A stretch of 63,500 nucleotides of DNA, the filler included, from Folioceros fuciformis (lineage: Eukaryota), in the NCBI GenBank assembly GCA_049999805.1. It is 3 parts of 3 records of this genome, joined end to end, with 100 filler letters (N's around TTAATTAATTAA, not from the genome) between each part and the next. Parts side by side here need not be neighbours in the genome. Positions count along the whole stretch, not along the records: positions 1 to 17,763 come from JBNGIO010003126.1; positions 17,864 to 32,036 come from JBNGIO010003127.1; 1 more part is not named here. The stretch is one strand, 5' to 3'. The translations under genes were made by a program, and so were the position numbers. Below are positions 13,432 through 24,304 of this stretch, piece by piece. The notes beneath the pieces are model-generated. The model saw only the letters and a list, made by a program, of their open reading frames with translations, ran no database searches and was not told where the DNA came from. How positions within the stretch are numbered: the stretch's first letter is position 1; each line of letters opens with the position of its first letter.

Positions 13432-16400
13432 TTGTTGTGGAGCAATGGAAACCCTTTGCCAAAAAAAAGTTGCAATACACGAAAGAGGAAGACCAAGACC
13501 ATTTTCCTATTATGAACCGCCTTCACGCAAGACTTAAAAAACTTGGAAAATGCTGTGCATATGGCCCTATGGGTCTCAATGGCAAGGGGGATAGAGGTGT
13601 AACCAGCCTGTAGAGAGATGTACTTGTGAACCTTTATTGATATGCTCCCCTTCGCCCCCCCAACCGAGGGAGTCGAGGACAACATGCTTGTAGACCGCGA
13701 CGTGTGTGGCGTCAGTTACAACCACATCAACAATAGAAACTTGTTCTTCCTAGATGAGGTAAAGGTCAACTCGAAGAGAAACACCATTACGTAGAGTGTA
13801 TGGGCATTCCTTGAAGGGCAGAAAGCCAGCCTTCCTGGCCAACGAAAACATGACATTTCGCGCGGCATCACGCGCAACAATGTGTTGACCCCCAACTAGG
13901 CAACAAACAAAATGAGTACCAAAGTTGTTTAGTGGCGCCCCGCAACTACAAGAGGAGAGAGCAGGCCAAAGGTTGGACCAAACCAGGGCAAAACTGCATC
14001 ACAATAAAGAATGTTAGTGTGATTCAGAAAGCCTGAATGCTAGGTTGAGCCAAGAGCCTGCACCCTTTCCTTAGTACGAACGAAGCCGCGCACGAACAAG
14101 CTTGGGGATAGAAGAATTTTGAAATGAAATGTACATTGAAATATATGAGAAGATTACTCTATGAAGCATATCATCGATGCTTCCTTGCATTATTGTGATC
14201 AAAGGAAAAATTATTAGAATATCAAATGAGAGAAAATCTCCAATAACAATTAACATGGAATGCAAAGTGGTAACTCTAATTCTTGTATGAAATAAAGAAT
14301 GTGGAAGAGAAAAAGTTGGAATAAAAGAAAAAAAAGTTGTACTCTATATTTATGTAGTGTTGTACTTATTTTCTATCCAAGTATGGGGAAGTTCCTTAAA
14401 CTTGCTTCAGGTGAATATGCAAACTTTATTGCAGTTTAGAGAAGGTGAATATTTTATTTAAAAGAGATGGGGAAATCCCATCTACCCCAATAAGAGGAAA
14501 AGACCCATATAGGGTCAAGAACCAAGAGAGAGCTAGTCCTATCGTGAAAGCAGCAGCTAAGGCCTTTCGACCACTTGACAAATGCAGGTTTCCTTAATCT
14601 TTGAAAGACTACTTGGTAGGATCGGGTAAGGTAAAGTGCTAGGCGTCCTCGACGTTTGGGGTTCCAACATGCTAGTCAACAATATAAACGGAAGGAAGCT
14701 AGACTTCACTAGGGGTTAGGCCATCAGACGCGGGTACCCCCAACGCTCGTGTGTCGCTCCGTCCTTAGCCCTTAGCCCCTATGTCGAAAGTTCCTACTAT
14801 AAGAGGGGCTAGAGCATGCGTAATGAGAACTTATCGGCACATGCAACGGCAGGATTCCAACCCAAGACCCTTTGGCACCATTGTACAAACCTACACAAGT
14901 GAGAATGTAGGATGTAATGCAAAGGGAGAGTACTATGGGAAGCAATTTGAAACCAAGGCTATAGATGAAGGCTAGAGCATTGGAAGATGGAGGAAGCATC
15001 TTTACGAAACTTGTCGATCACGATCCGGGGGGGTGCAATAAGTGGAGGGCAAAGCATGAAGACCACAACATGTCTAGCAACTATGTCAAGGGCTAGTGGG
15101 AGGAAACGAAGGGTGAGTGAAGGCCACGGGAGGATGGACTTGCCCAAGTTTATTTGTTTTGCAGGGCAGTTGGCTTTTCGAAACCTCCATGATTTTCAGC
15201 GCTAGGCTGCTAAACCTAACATCCAACTCCACTGGGTTTACAAGCGTCAGTGAGCTTACTCCAAATTTTGCCCTAGTTGAGGAGTGTTACTGGTAGCTGT
15301 AGCTTATCAGCAAGTTAGCCTAAGCATGATCTTGCAAGATCGTGCTTAGGCTCACTTGCTGTTAGCACACCTCATACTTCACAGGTGCCTTCTCACATTG
15401 CATTTGGCAATTGCAATAAGATGCCACCCTGGATTGGGGAACAATGATGTTCTAGGCCTATAGCCATTAGCGCAACAAGCTCCTAAAGACTAAACTTGCC
15501 AATTTTGACAAGGCATGCCATAGTTACCTCATCACCTACTTGGTGCACCTCTGGTCAACTTACGGCCTACTCACGTGGGACGAGTTCATTGAATCTACAC
15601 AAGCCTTTGAACTTGTGTACTTGGGAGGACTTGAACAAGGAACATAGCGATGAGGCTCGACAGCCAGCTCTGAAAAGAGGAGGAAGGAATCCTAGCACCT
15701 ACGACATTGTGCTAGTGCGTTGTCCAGTGCCTACAACTGTTCGAAGGAAGTTACATTCATGCTCCCTTATTATTGTTACTATTGGGCACAAATCCGATTA
15801 TGAGCCATGTTAGATGGTCCACCGGGTGGCTTTGCCAGGACCACCATTTCATGCATGTTGATGGGGTTATCGGATCCAAGAACTAGAACACGTCAAGAAC
15901 TCAACTAAAAGAAAAGTGAATGAAAGAACAAAAATATTGGTTCGACGATGGGTTGGTCGGCTAACGAAGTTGGACTCCATTTATTTGGCATCTACACTTG
16001 TTCATTTCTTCATGTGAAGAGAAAACTTTTTATATCCCAATCCCGTACAACATTCTATCCTATGCGATGAGATACAAATGCGTTAAAGCATTTGTTCTCA
16101 TAGACTCTCATGAGCATTTGATCTTTGTAGATTCTCCTCTCAAGTCAATTAGACCACAATGTAGGTGGTTAGACTAGCATTTGTACACAATTGAGATTTC
16201 ATACTGAATGAGATTTTGATAATTTTCAAAATAATTGAATCATCAATATCATAAGGTCAAAGCATCATAGGCTTTAATCTCATGATACATTGGGGAGCTC
16301 GAGCATGCAAGTTACTAGTGAAAATAGTAATTAATTGATTGAGTGGAAAAGGAAATCCTTGTATACAAATTGTCTATTAAATTAATTATCAAGTAGTTAG

Positions 16401-17042
16401 TTGTTGATTAAATAACCTAAAATGCTGATATATTCTTAACACATCCTTGAAGATGTGTGATCAAACCTTAAAAATATACATGGGAAGTATTGTTCTCCTT
16501 AGTCCGCCTCCAATTTAGGTTGCTAGGATTACTAGAAGCCTTCATCAAACTAGGTACATCAACGCATCAAAAGTCGACTTTGCGTGCACCAACCATTTCA
16601 ACCCAAGTGCCAAATATTGAGCTCCATCTAAGGGGGGGAGGGCTTGGTAATCTTATACCCACTACCCTAGCATTCGTGGAACCTTGCTTGATTAGCTCAT
16701 GCATCTATTGTTTCCAGATTAGTTCATACTAGAAAACATTATCACCCTTAACCCAATAAGGAATATGTGATGTATACAAGTAAGCACTAGATGAAGTTGC
16801 ATCATTGTTCTTGATAAGACTCTTAGAGATGAGTAGTGTGTATAAATTCATGTAAAGGGGTTTATCAAGTCAAAAGAAGTTTAATGGAAATTTCAATAGT
16901 TTCTTACCATTCATGACATTTCAGCGTTATTCTATACGTTTTTGTAGTGTCTCAACGAATCATTCCCATTTGCTTTGAGAGAGAAATTTTACTCTTATAG
17001 GTATGTCATTAGTTGGAAGCACTACATATGGTGTAAACACTA

Positions 17043-17168
17043 ATTATTATTTGGGATGAACGGATAGTATTTTTAATTTATAATAATTTTAATATATTAT
17101 AATATTATTATTTGGGATGAACAGATCTAGTATTTTCAATTTATAAAAATTTTAATTTTAATATGTTA
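17043..17168. repeat. Imperfect ~60-bp AT-rich tandem duplication
   Basis: ATTATTATTTGGGATGAAC(G/A)GAT..TAGTATTTT.AATTTATAA.AATTTTAAT occurs twice in tandem. Confidence 0.7.
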
Positions 17169-17559
17169 TGTTTTTGATAGAAAGTTATGTTTCATGAAAT
17201 TTAGGGTAGCATTTATTGTATACCGTACTATTGCATGCCAATTTCTAGTGATATTGTTAAACACCTACCATTGTAGGTTATTGATTCATATGAATGTTCC
17301 TTTTTTTTTTAATTTTCTAAAAATATGATTTTTTACAAGTGCATAAACAATATAAAAAACATTCATATCTTAAATACCTCTACAACAAAGCTAATTCATA
17401 GGTTAATAACTATAATTATAAAGTTTGACCATTTTTCCTCTTTCAACATTCGGAAGGCTTTAGACTAATATGCCAATGACAAAAGTACATACTAGGAGTC
17501 TACTAATGCATGCAAGTGCCTATTTGGAGGCGAGTTGGTCATGCAAATGCATGTCAAGA

Positions 17560-17763
17560 GCCCACTAGTGTGACAGCATACTAGATAGTGCCCACTTGTG
17601 TGGCAGCATACTAGATAGTGCCCACTAGTGTGGCAGCATATTAGATAGTGCCCACTAGTGTGGCAACATACTAGATAGTGCCCACTAGTGTGGCAGCATA
17701 CTAGATAGTGCCCACTAGTGTGGCAGCATACTAGATAGTGCCCACTAGTGTGGCAGCATACTA
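17560..17763. repeat. 30-bp tandem minisatellite (GCCCACTAGTGTGGCAGCATACTAGATAGT), ~7 copies, running into the gap
   Basis: Near-identical contiguous units without spacers. Confidence 0.95.
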
Positions 17764-17863
17764 NNNNNNNNNNNNNNNNNNNNNNNNNNNNNNNNNNNNN
17801 NNNNNNNTTAATTAATTAANNNNNNNNNNNNNNNNNNNNNNNNNNNNNNNNNNNNNNNNNNNN
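17764..17863. other. Assembly gap (100 bp) with artificial TTAATTAATTAA linker
   Basis: N44-TTAATTAATTAA-N44, identical in structure to 32037-32136. Confidence 0.97.
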
Positions 17864-17987
17864 GTAGGTAGGTTCCCTGCCCCTTCTCTCGTAGGTAGGT
17901 TCCCTGCCCCTTCTCTCGTAGGTAGGTTCCCTGCCCCTTCTCTCGTAGGTAGGTTCCCTGCCCCTTCTCTCGTAGGTAGGTTCCCTA
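17864..17987. repeat. 27-bp tandem repeat (GTAGGTAGGTTCCCTGCCCCTTCTCTC), ~4.5 copies
   Basis: Perfect units; the minus strand reads (GNLPTREGA)n. Confidence 0.95.
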
Positions 17988-18579
17988 CGGGAGTAGGTCC
18001 CCCTTGTCGCGTGCTCTTCTTAGCCAAGGGGAGCTCCTCAGGTTCTCATTACGAGCTCTCTAGGTTCATACTATTGTCCTCTTGAAAGTGCGTTGGTAGG
18101 GGTATTGACTCTAAGGCCTCGCGGTCATCATCATGTGGCCCAAGATACCTTCACCTTGCAAATGCTGCCAGTTTCTTGTGATGAGCGAGAAGACGTTAGT
18201 GTAGGTGGAGGTTGTGATTTTGTTGAGCTAGATCCATGGTATCCATGTCAACAACACAATCCCGACCCTCGCATCTACTCTTGTAGATATCCCGTTCAAC
18301 CTCCATCGCCCCTACCTTCAACTGTAGGTCAAGGTTTTGTAGATGAGATGCATGAAGCTTGATCATCCACCCTGTCACATAGGCATAGTCAGTACGAAAC
18401 CTACGAGCTCGAACCACCAGCATCCTGTGAATCTTGGCTAGGTGCTCAGCTACTTATCATGCTTTTTCCTGCCGAAGGTCTTCTAATTGGATGACCAATC
18501 GTTCCCTCTCCACTCGCTCTTGCTGCCTTGCTTCAAGGTGTTGCTAGAGTTCCTGGTTTGCTTTAGCACTATGTGTCTC
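17864..18579 (-). pseudogene. Decayed coiled-coil-like ORF of probable retroelement origin, interrupted by element B
   Basis: One minus frame reads ...HLEARQQERVERERLVIQLEDLRQEKA..HLQNLDLQLKVGAMEVERDIYK...LAKKSTRQGGPTPV(GNLPTREGA)n with scattered stops. No recognisable domain. Confidence 0.45.
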
Positions 18580-20785
18580 TGTTAAACCCCATGGGTTATT
18601 ATAACCACAGCCACTAGTTACATATTTACCTAGATTAGGGTTAGATGTATATTGCAGGGTTATTCATAGTAACACTTAGGGTTTAGTATTTACGGTCAAC
18701 TCATTGTGAACATTTTGTTATTATCATCATTATTATTGATTGTCAAGTTTATTTTTTCTCTACTAGTTTTGACATGGTATCAGAGCCCCAAGGTTTTAAT
18801 ATGTGATTTTGATCTAACATTGTCAATGCTAGTAGTGCGAGGGCTGATTGGGCACAAAATCCAGTAACCATAAATTTATGGCACATGGTTCATGTGCCCA
18901 ATATACCTTCTTTACCTGTATTACAATTGTCAGTTAACATTCATTATGGAAAAGGAAAAAAAAATTATTGCCATTTTTCTGGTTATTTAATTTCCGCTGC
19001 ACTCTTAGAGAGATATATAGAAAATATCTACGGTGCAAAATGCCTCGTAGGTACAGAAATGGGGAGCCAGGCATGAGAAGTTTCTTCAACTTCATCACTA
19101 ATAGGTATATCAGGGAAAGGGATCGCCAGTGGCACTCAACCCAAATTCCCACAAATCCCTCAGTGACAACAACTTCAGAAGTCCAGGCTTCCACGTGTCA
19201 CAAGCCCCCAACCCGTCCAGGCTATCCTAACACAAAGGCTAGATTCAAGATATCACAACAGGAGAGAAGGAACTCACAAAACCCACAAGAGAATCAAGAG
19301 CAACCATTTAGGCACAGGGACCATGCAGTGGAAGCAACTAGAACTGCTCTAGAACAACTCTGGCATGCCTGTCTCGGTCATGCTAACAAGGATAAGTTGG
19401 TTAAGATGTCCAACCTGGAATGTTTCTGGGAACCCCTTCCCAAGTATTTCAAAGACCTTCCCCTTTGTGATGCATGCATAGTAGCCAAGCAAAAAGAGTT
19501 ACCTTTTTCTGCTACGTTGGCTCAAAGGTCTTTTGCTATACTTGACCTAATACATGCAGACATATCTGGGAAGATACATGTCCAATCCTTAGGAGGTTCC
19601 CTCTACTACCTCACACTCACTAACGATTTAGTCGGTATTCTTGGACATACCCACTCAAGAGAAAATCAAACACTTTTCTACTATTCAAAGAGTGGGTCAC
19701 AATGATTCAAAGACAAATTGGGACTCACCTTTGCTGCTTAAGATCTGATAATAGCACAGAGTTTGTGAATGGTGCTTTTGATGAGTTCTTGCAGCTCAGG
19801 GTACGATCCGCCAACTCAGTATTCCGTATACTCAACAACAAAATGGGGTAGCAGAACGACGCAACCAAACTCTGCTTAGTATGACCCAGAGTATGCTGGC
19901 TTGGTCAAGCCTTAGCAAAGCCTGCTTGGCAGAGGCAATCATCACTGCCACTTACATCCTCAACCGGCTACTCACTTCTGCAGTTCTTGACCAAACTCCC
20001 TTTGAGATGATATGGAAACACAAACCTAGTTTGCCTCACCTTCGAGTGTTTGGATCACCTGCCTATGCTTACATTCATGAAGAACAACGCAGGAAGCTTG
20101 AGGATAGGGCTAGACCTCTTATGTTTGTGGGTTATGGTGAGGAGACCAAAGCTTATAAACTCTATGACCCTCACTTCAGGTCTTCCATATTTGCTCATGT
20201 AGAGGAAAAAAACTTTCAGGACTCCCATTTTGAAGAGCAGAATGAACAGGTAGTGTTTTTTTGGGCGAAGATGCGAGTGAATTGGCATAGTATGGAAATA
20301 ATATTTGGGTATTTATACCCAAGTCTCCTTGGCCCTTGGTGTTTTGATAGGATGGAGTGACATGACTGGGGAGAAGTGTGCGCAAGAGTGTCCTTGGCCC
20401 TTGGTGGTTCGAGGGTACTTAGGTGTCTATATATGCACCCCTCCCCCTCGGGGAAATAAGAAATGGGAAGTGGGGGTAGGAGCTTAGGAAGTGCGGACTT
20501 AGGCAAAAAGAACGGGGTGTTGAACTGGGCGACGGTAGCTGGTCGGGCGACCGTCGTGGAAGGGGAACCGGCGGTAGCCCAACCGGCGGCATAAAACCCT
20601 AGAGAGAGACAGGGAGAACTTGGGCAGTAATCGGGTCAGGAGCGTCCGTGAGAATGAGAGTAACCGCGGGCGCGACGACGGTCAAGAGCGGAACAGGCAC
20701 TAGGTGGCGGCGCGGAGTAGGGTGACAGGCGACCGCAGGTGCAGGAGGGCAACGGTGTTCGGGGCGTGGAAGGAGATCAAGCAGG

Positions 20786-22833
20786 ATGAGGTCTCGACCA
20801 GAGTTGTTGCCAGGAGTACTGGTGCTGGAGCAGGAGGAGGGAGAACCGCCTGTCCCGAAGATCGATGTGCTCCTGTGGCCCAACATGGAGCACTGGAGGA
20901 CCAAAGCCGGAGGGCTGGTCGAAGAACTAGGCCTCGGGTTCATGAACCAGAGGTGGAATTATGCAGCACCACTGCTGGTCAGGGAGTGCGCCCTGAAGAT
21001 GAGGAAGCCCATCTGAGAGGAGGGAATCCATGGCAGACCCCAGGAATGCAATATGGAGCTGGTAAGACAGGTGTATGGCCGCGATTAACAGGAAGAGGGG
21101 GGATTGGTGCTAGAGTCCTTGAAGAAGCGTGGTGGCACAGCAAACGCCGAGGTGCTGTTCAAACCTGGCACCAAGAAGGAAGCGAATGGCTGGCTGATCC
21201 GTGATATGGCCAACCCCCAGCTGATGGGTTTGGCCAGGTGGTTCCTGTGCTTCCTGCAGGTTTGTAAGCAGGATTATCTGTCTCATCAGATGCTCCTGTT
21301 TGTGCATGAAGTCGTAAAAGGGAGCAAGGTGGATTGGGGGAAAATCCTGTATGCCAGGATGGACGAGGAGAGGCAAAATCTGACTTTGGCCCCAACCTTC
21401 GATGATCTCCCCCTTCCTAGTTCACATCTACTGCTATGCTAATCTTGTGTCTGAACTGGAGGTCATGGTCTCATTGCATATGTGGAGACCATGAAAGGGA
21501 GGTGAAGTGAAAGGCCACTGATCCAGTGGGAGCCAACTCCAACAGCTGGGAGTCGGGTGGTGCGGACAGTTCGGAGGAGGAGACTTCCACCATGCAGAAG
21601 AGGAAGGCTGGGGTAGGGAAGAAGACTCGCCAAGAAGAGGAGGGCCAGCCGCCAGATTGCCAGAGGAGGAAGTGGATCAGCACCACAGGAGGCAGCCCTA
21701 GAGCAGGCTGGGCAGGAGCAGGGGCTACTCAGGAACCTACAGCTAAGGCGCCAGCAGACCAAGAGCCGGCGGAGCAGGAGCCGGGCGAAGAGGAACCAGG
21801 CGCTCCCCAGGAGCAGATGCCGGAGATGGAAGTGGTCCCTTCTGAGGTGAAGGGTGGATTAGGGCACGTTCTTGAGCAGGAAGTCTTTCCAGAATGGGAG
21901 GATGTTTTTAGAAAAATTCCTCAGGAAGATAGGCTGCAGATAGAGGAGCTCGAAAAGTTACGAGCACTGTTGAGAAGGCGGATAACCCAGAGGGGAATGG
22001 CTCCGGTGGGGTCGCAGGAGGTGAATTTGCCAGAACTAACCTCAGCCATGGTGCAAGCACAAACGGACGTGTTGGACCAGGTGGCCAGGGCATTGACCTG
22101 GCTAAGCAGGCAGGCGGAGAAGGAGGCCGAGGCCCGAAGTAGGGCGGCAGAGGCAAGAGGAAAGGAGTCCAAAGCCTGGAGACAGCTGGCGGGGTCTGAA
22201 ACAGCATGATGGCTCTTGGAAGAAGAGTAGTGGGTCCTGAGCGAGGGCAAGGCACAAGCAGAAGAAGAGGCATGCTAGGCCAAGGCAGAGATCCAGGCGC
22301 TGAAGGAGCAACAACAGTCGTTCCTAGCTCAGGTGAGGGAAGCCCATGAGACTAATTTGGAAATACAGCGGGAAGTGGCTAAGGCTCAGGAGCAGGAGCA
22401 GGAGATGGCTGCGATGGAGCAAATCCAAGAGCTGGCCGACAAGTACAAACATGCTCAGGACGAGACCAGGGAGCGAGTAAAGGGAAAGGGTAAGGCTGGG
22501 CGTAGTAGCCAGATGGCGGCACCGGTAGCCAAAGGGGCTACCGGTAGTCGAGCAACAATTTCGGTAGCTGAAGCGGCTACTAGTAGTCTTGCGACACCTG
22601 AGGTAGCCGAAGGGGCTACCAGTAAAGGAGGGATGACGCCGGTAGCCGAGGCCACAACCCCGGTAGCAGAAGAAGTGATGACGAAGGCGCCTGACCCAGG
22701 CGTTCCAGGAGGGCGACTCGCACCAGGCGGACCAAGCCGGAAGCAACAGTATCTAAAGGGATGGAGGACACTCAGGTACCCCAGGAGAACAGGGGACATG
22801 CCGCCCGAAGTAGCCCAAGGGAGGAAGGGGTAA
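20786..22833 (+). pseudogene. ORF1 of the 4.8-kb insert: helical N-terminal domain, low-complexity linker and long coiled coil
   Basis: ORFs 20786-21016, 21104-21442, 21526-22209 and 22333-22833 join through in-frame stops (several CAG>TAG or CGA>TGA type) and one frameshift. Contains the motif GSKVDWGKILYARM, E/Q/A-rich heptads and PVAxGAT repeats. Confidence 0.7.
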
Positions 22834-23213
22834 GCACCTCCCTTATGATAGAGGGTCAGATTATGCTGCAGTATGAGGAGGAGGCCTCTTATGTGCCGGG
22901 CCTCAATGTGGAAGGGGTCCGAGTTCGGAAGCTGTTTTTGTATGTACGTATGGGCACAAGAGGGACGCGGGGCTACGGCCTGCAACTGAGGACTTGCAAG
23001 GGCATCTACTACTACCGCTGGCGGGTATGGGGGTTGCCTCATTGCTATTCCGAGGCAGTCCTGGAGGAACTGACGGAGGAGGAGGCGCAGTAGTGGGTTG
23101 AGCGGGAGCCTGTCCCCATACTCAGCAATCGGCGATGGAGGAAGGAGAGGCATTCCCTGCGACGGGACCCACCTATGCCGCCACCAGCAAGGGCCCACGA
23201 GCAGCAGGAGTGA
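22761..23213 (+). pseudogene. ORF2 of the 4.8-kb insert (~150 aa, one internal stop), unknown protein
   Basis: ORF 22761-23093 continues in frame past a TAG to TGA at 23211-23213. The core looks beta-rich (VRVRKLFLYVRMG...YGLQLRTCKGIYYYRWRVW). Confidence 0.45.
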
Positions 23214-24280
23214 AGTAGAATTCCTGTGGGAGGACCTACCTGACCAATAGCGGGGTAGGAGGGCCAGAGGAGGACCAATAGGGGGAAGGTCGCGACAACT
23301 AGGAGGGAGGCACCGACCTAGGGTAATTGCAGTCTAGACTAGTTTCCTTTTAGATTGTTTTGCTTGGACCTAAGCTGCTTAGAATTTAAGAGCGCTGTCT
23401 GACCCCTAACAGACTTTATGGCGGAAAGACCGCCACTACCGTGTACAAGATGCCAGCTTGGGGCCTCGGGAAAATTAGCGAGAAACCAGCCCGACATTCC
23501 GACCTTGCAGAAGCCTAGCGATGGCCGTTACTGGACGGGAGGTCTAGGCAATCGAGCGCACATAGTGTTCTGAGGGTGTGGGCGCAAGTGGTGGATGCTC
23601 TGTAACCACGAACTAGGAACGAATCGGGAGGAGAGACCTCGCCAAGTGGGAGACGAGTTACGCAGCTATTCCTGTGACGGTTACGTGGGGTGGTGAGGAG
23701 ACCGGAGGTCGAATCCACAAGTTCGGAGTGGAAGTGGATACCCCTTTCCTTAGCCTTCGATGACCTACCATTCCTTCAATTTCAGAGAGAAGGGGAGGCC
23801 CTGGACGGGCGAGTTGGAGAGGAACGCCGAGAGTCGCGAGTGGATTGAGAAACGGGAGTGTGTGAGTGAGAGCGCTGAGGAACGCGCATTGATAAAGTAA
23901 GAAGGCGGTGCTGGTGACTGCTGTTGTGGGAGTTGTGAGTGTGACGATGGTAGAAGGAAAAAGATGTGTTCCTAAATGACTGTAGCGACTGTATGTGAGC
24001 TTGTGGTATGACAAAGCCGAGCTGGGGATCGTAAAACCGGGACGGTGAGTGCGTACACAGCGGAGATGGGGTCACGGCTGATCTGTGAACGAATGGAGTA
24101 AGAGGGAGTCGGAAGCAAGACGTGACTATGCGCTGATGGGATGCTGTGAAGTGAAGAAGTGGTATGTATGTGTGCGTTAGACCAAAACGCAGGGACGCGT
24201 GAGTGACTGTGGGAAGCCTAGCCTGAGATTGTGAGTAGAATGTGGTAGTGGGTAAGAGTGCGCTGACTGATTAAGCCACC

Positions 24281-24304
24281 GTGTGTGTGTGTGTGTGTGT
24301 GTGT
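24281..24304. repeat. (GT)n microsatellite inside the 4.8-kb insert
   Basis: Run of ~12 GT units. Confidence 0.9.

Noticed and set aside
13437-16900. Short ORFs right of element A
   Set aside because: Fragmentary with no recognisable motifs; probably ancient repeat debris, but I cannot support a call.
17560-17763. 30-bp repeat as a CRISPR array
   Set aside because: Units are contiguous with no spacers, there are no cas genes, and the context is eukaryotic.
17808-17819. TTAATTAATTAA palindrome centred in both N runs (also 32081-32092)
   Set aside because: Artificial scaffolding linker with stops in all six frames; not biological.
22455-23198. 247-aa minus-strand ORF in the 4.8-kb insert
   Set aside because: Antisense shadow of GC-rich plus-strand coding sequence; no independent support.
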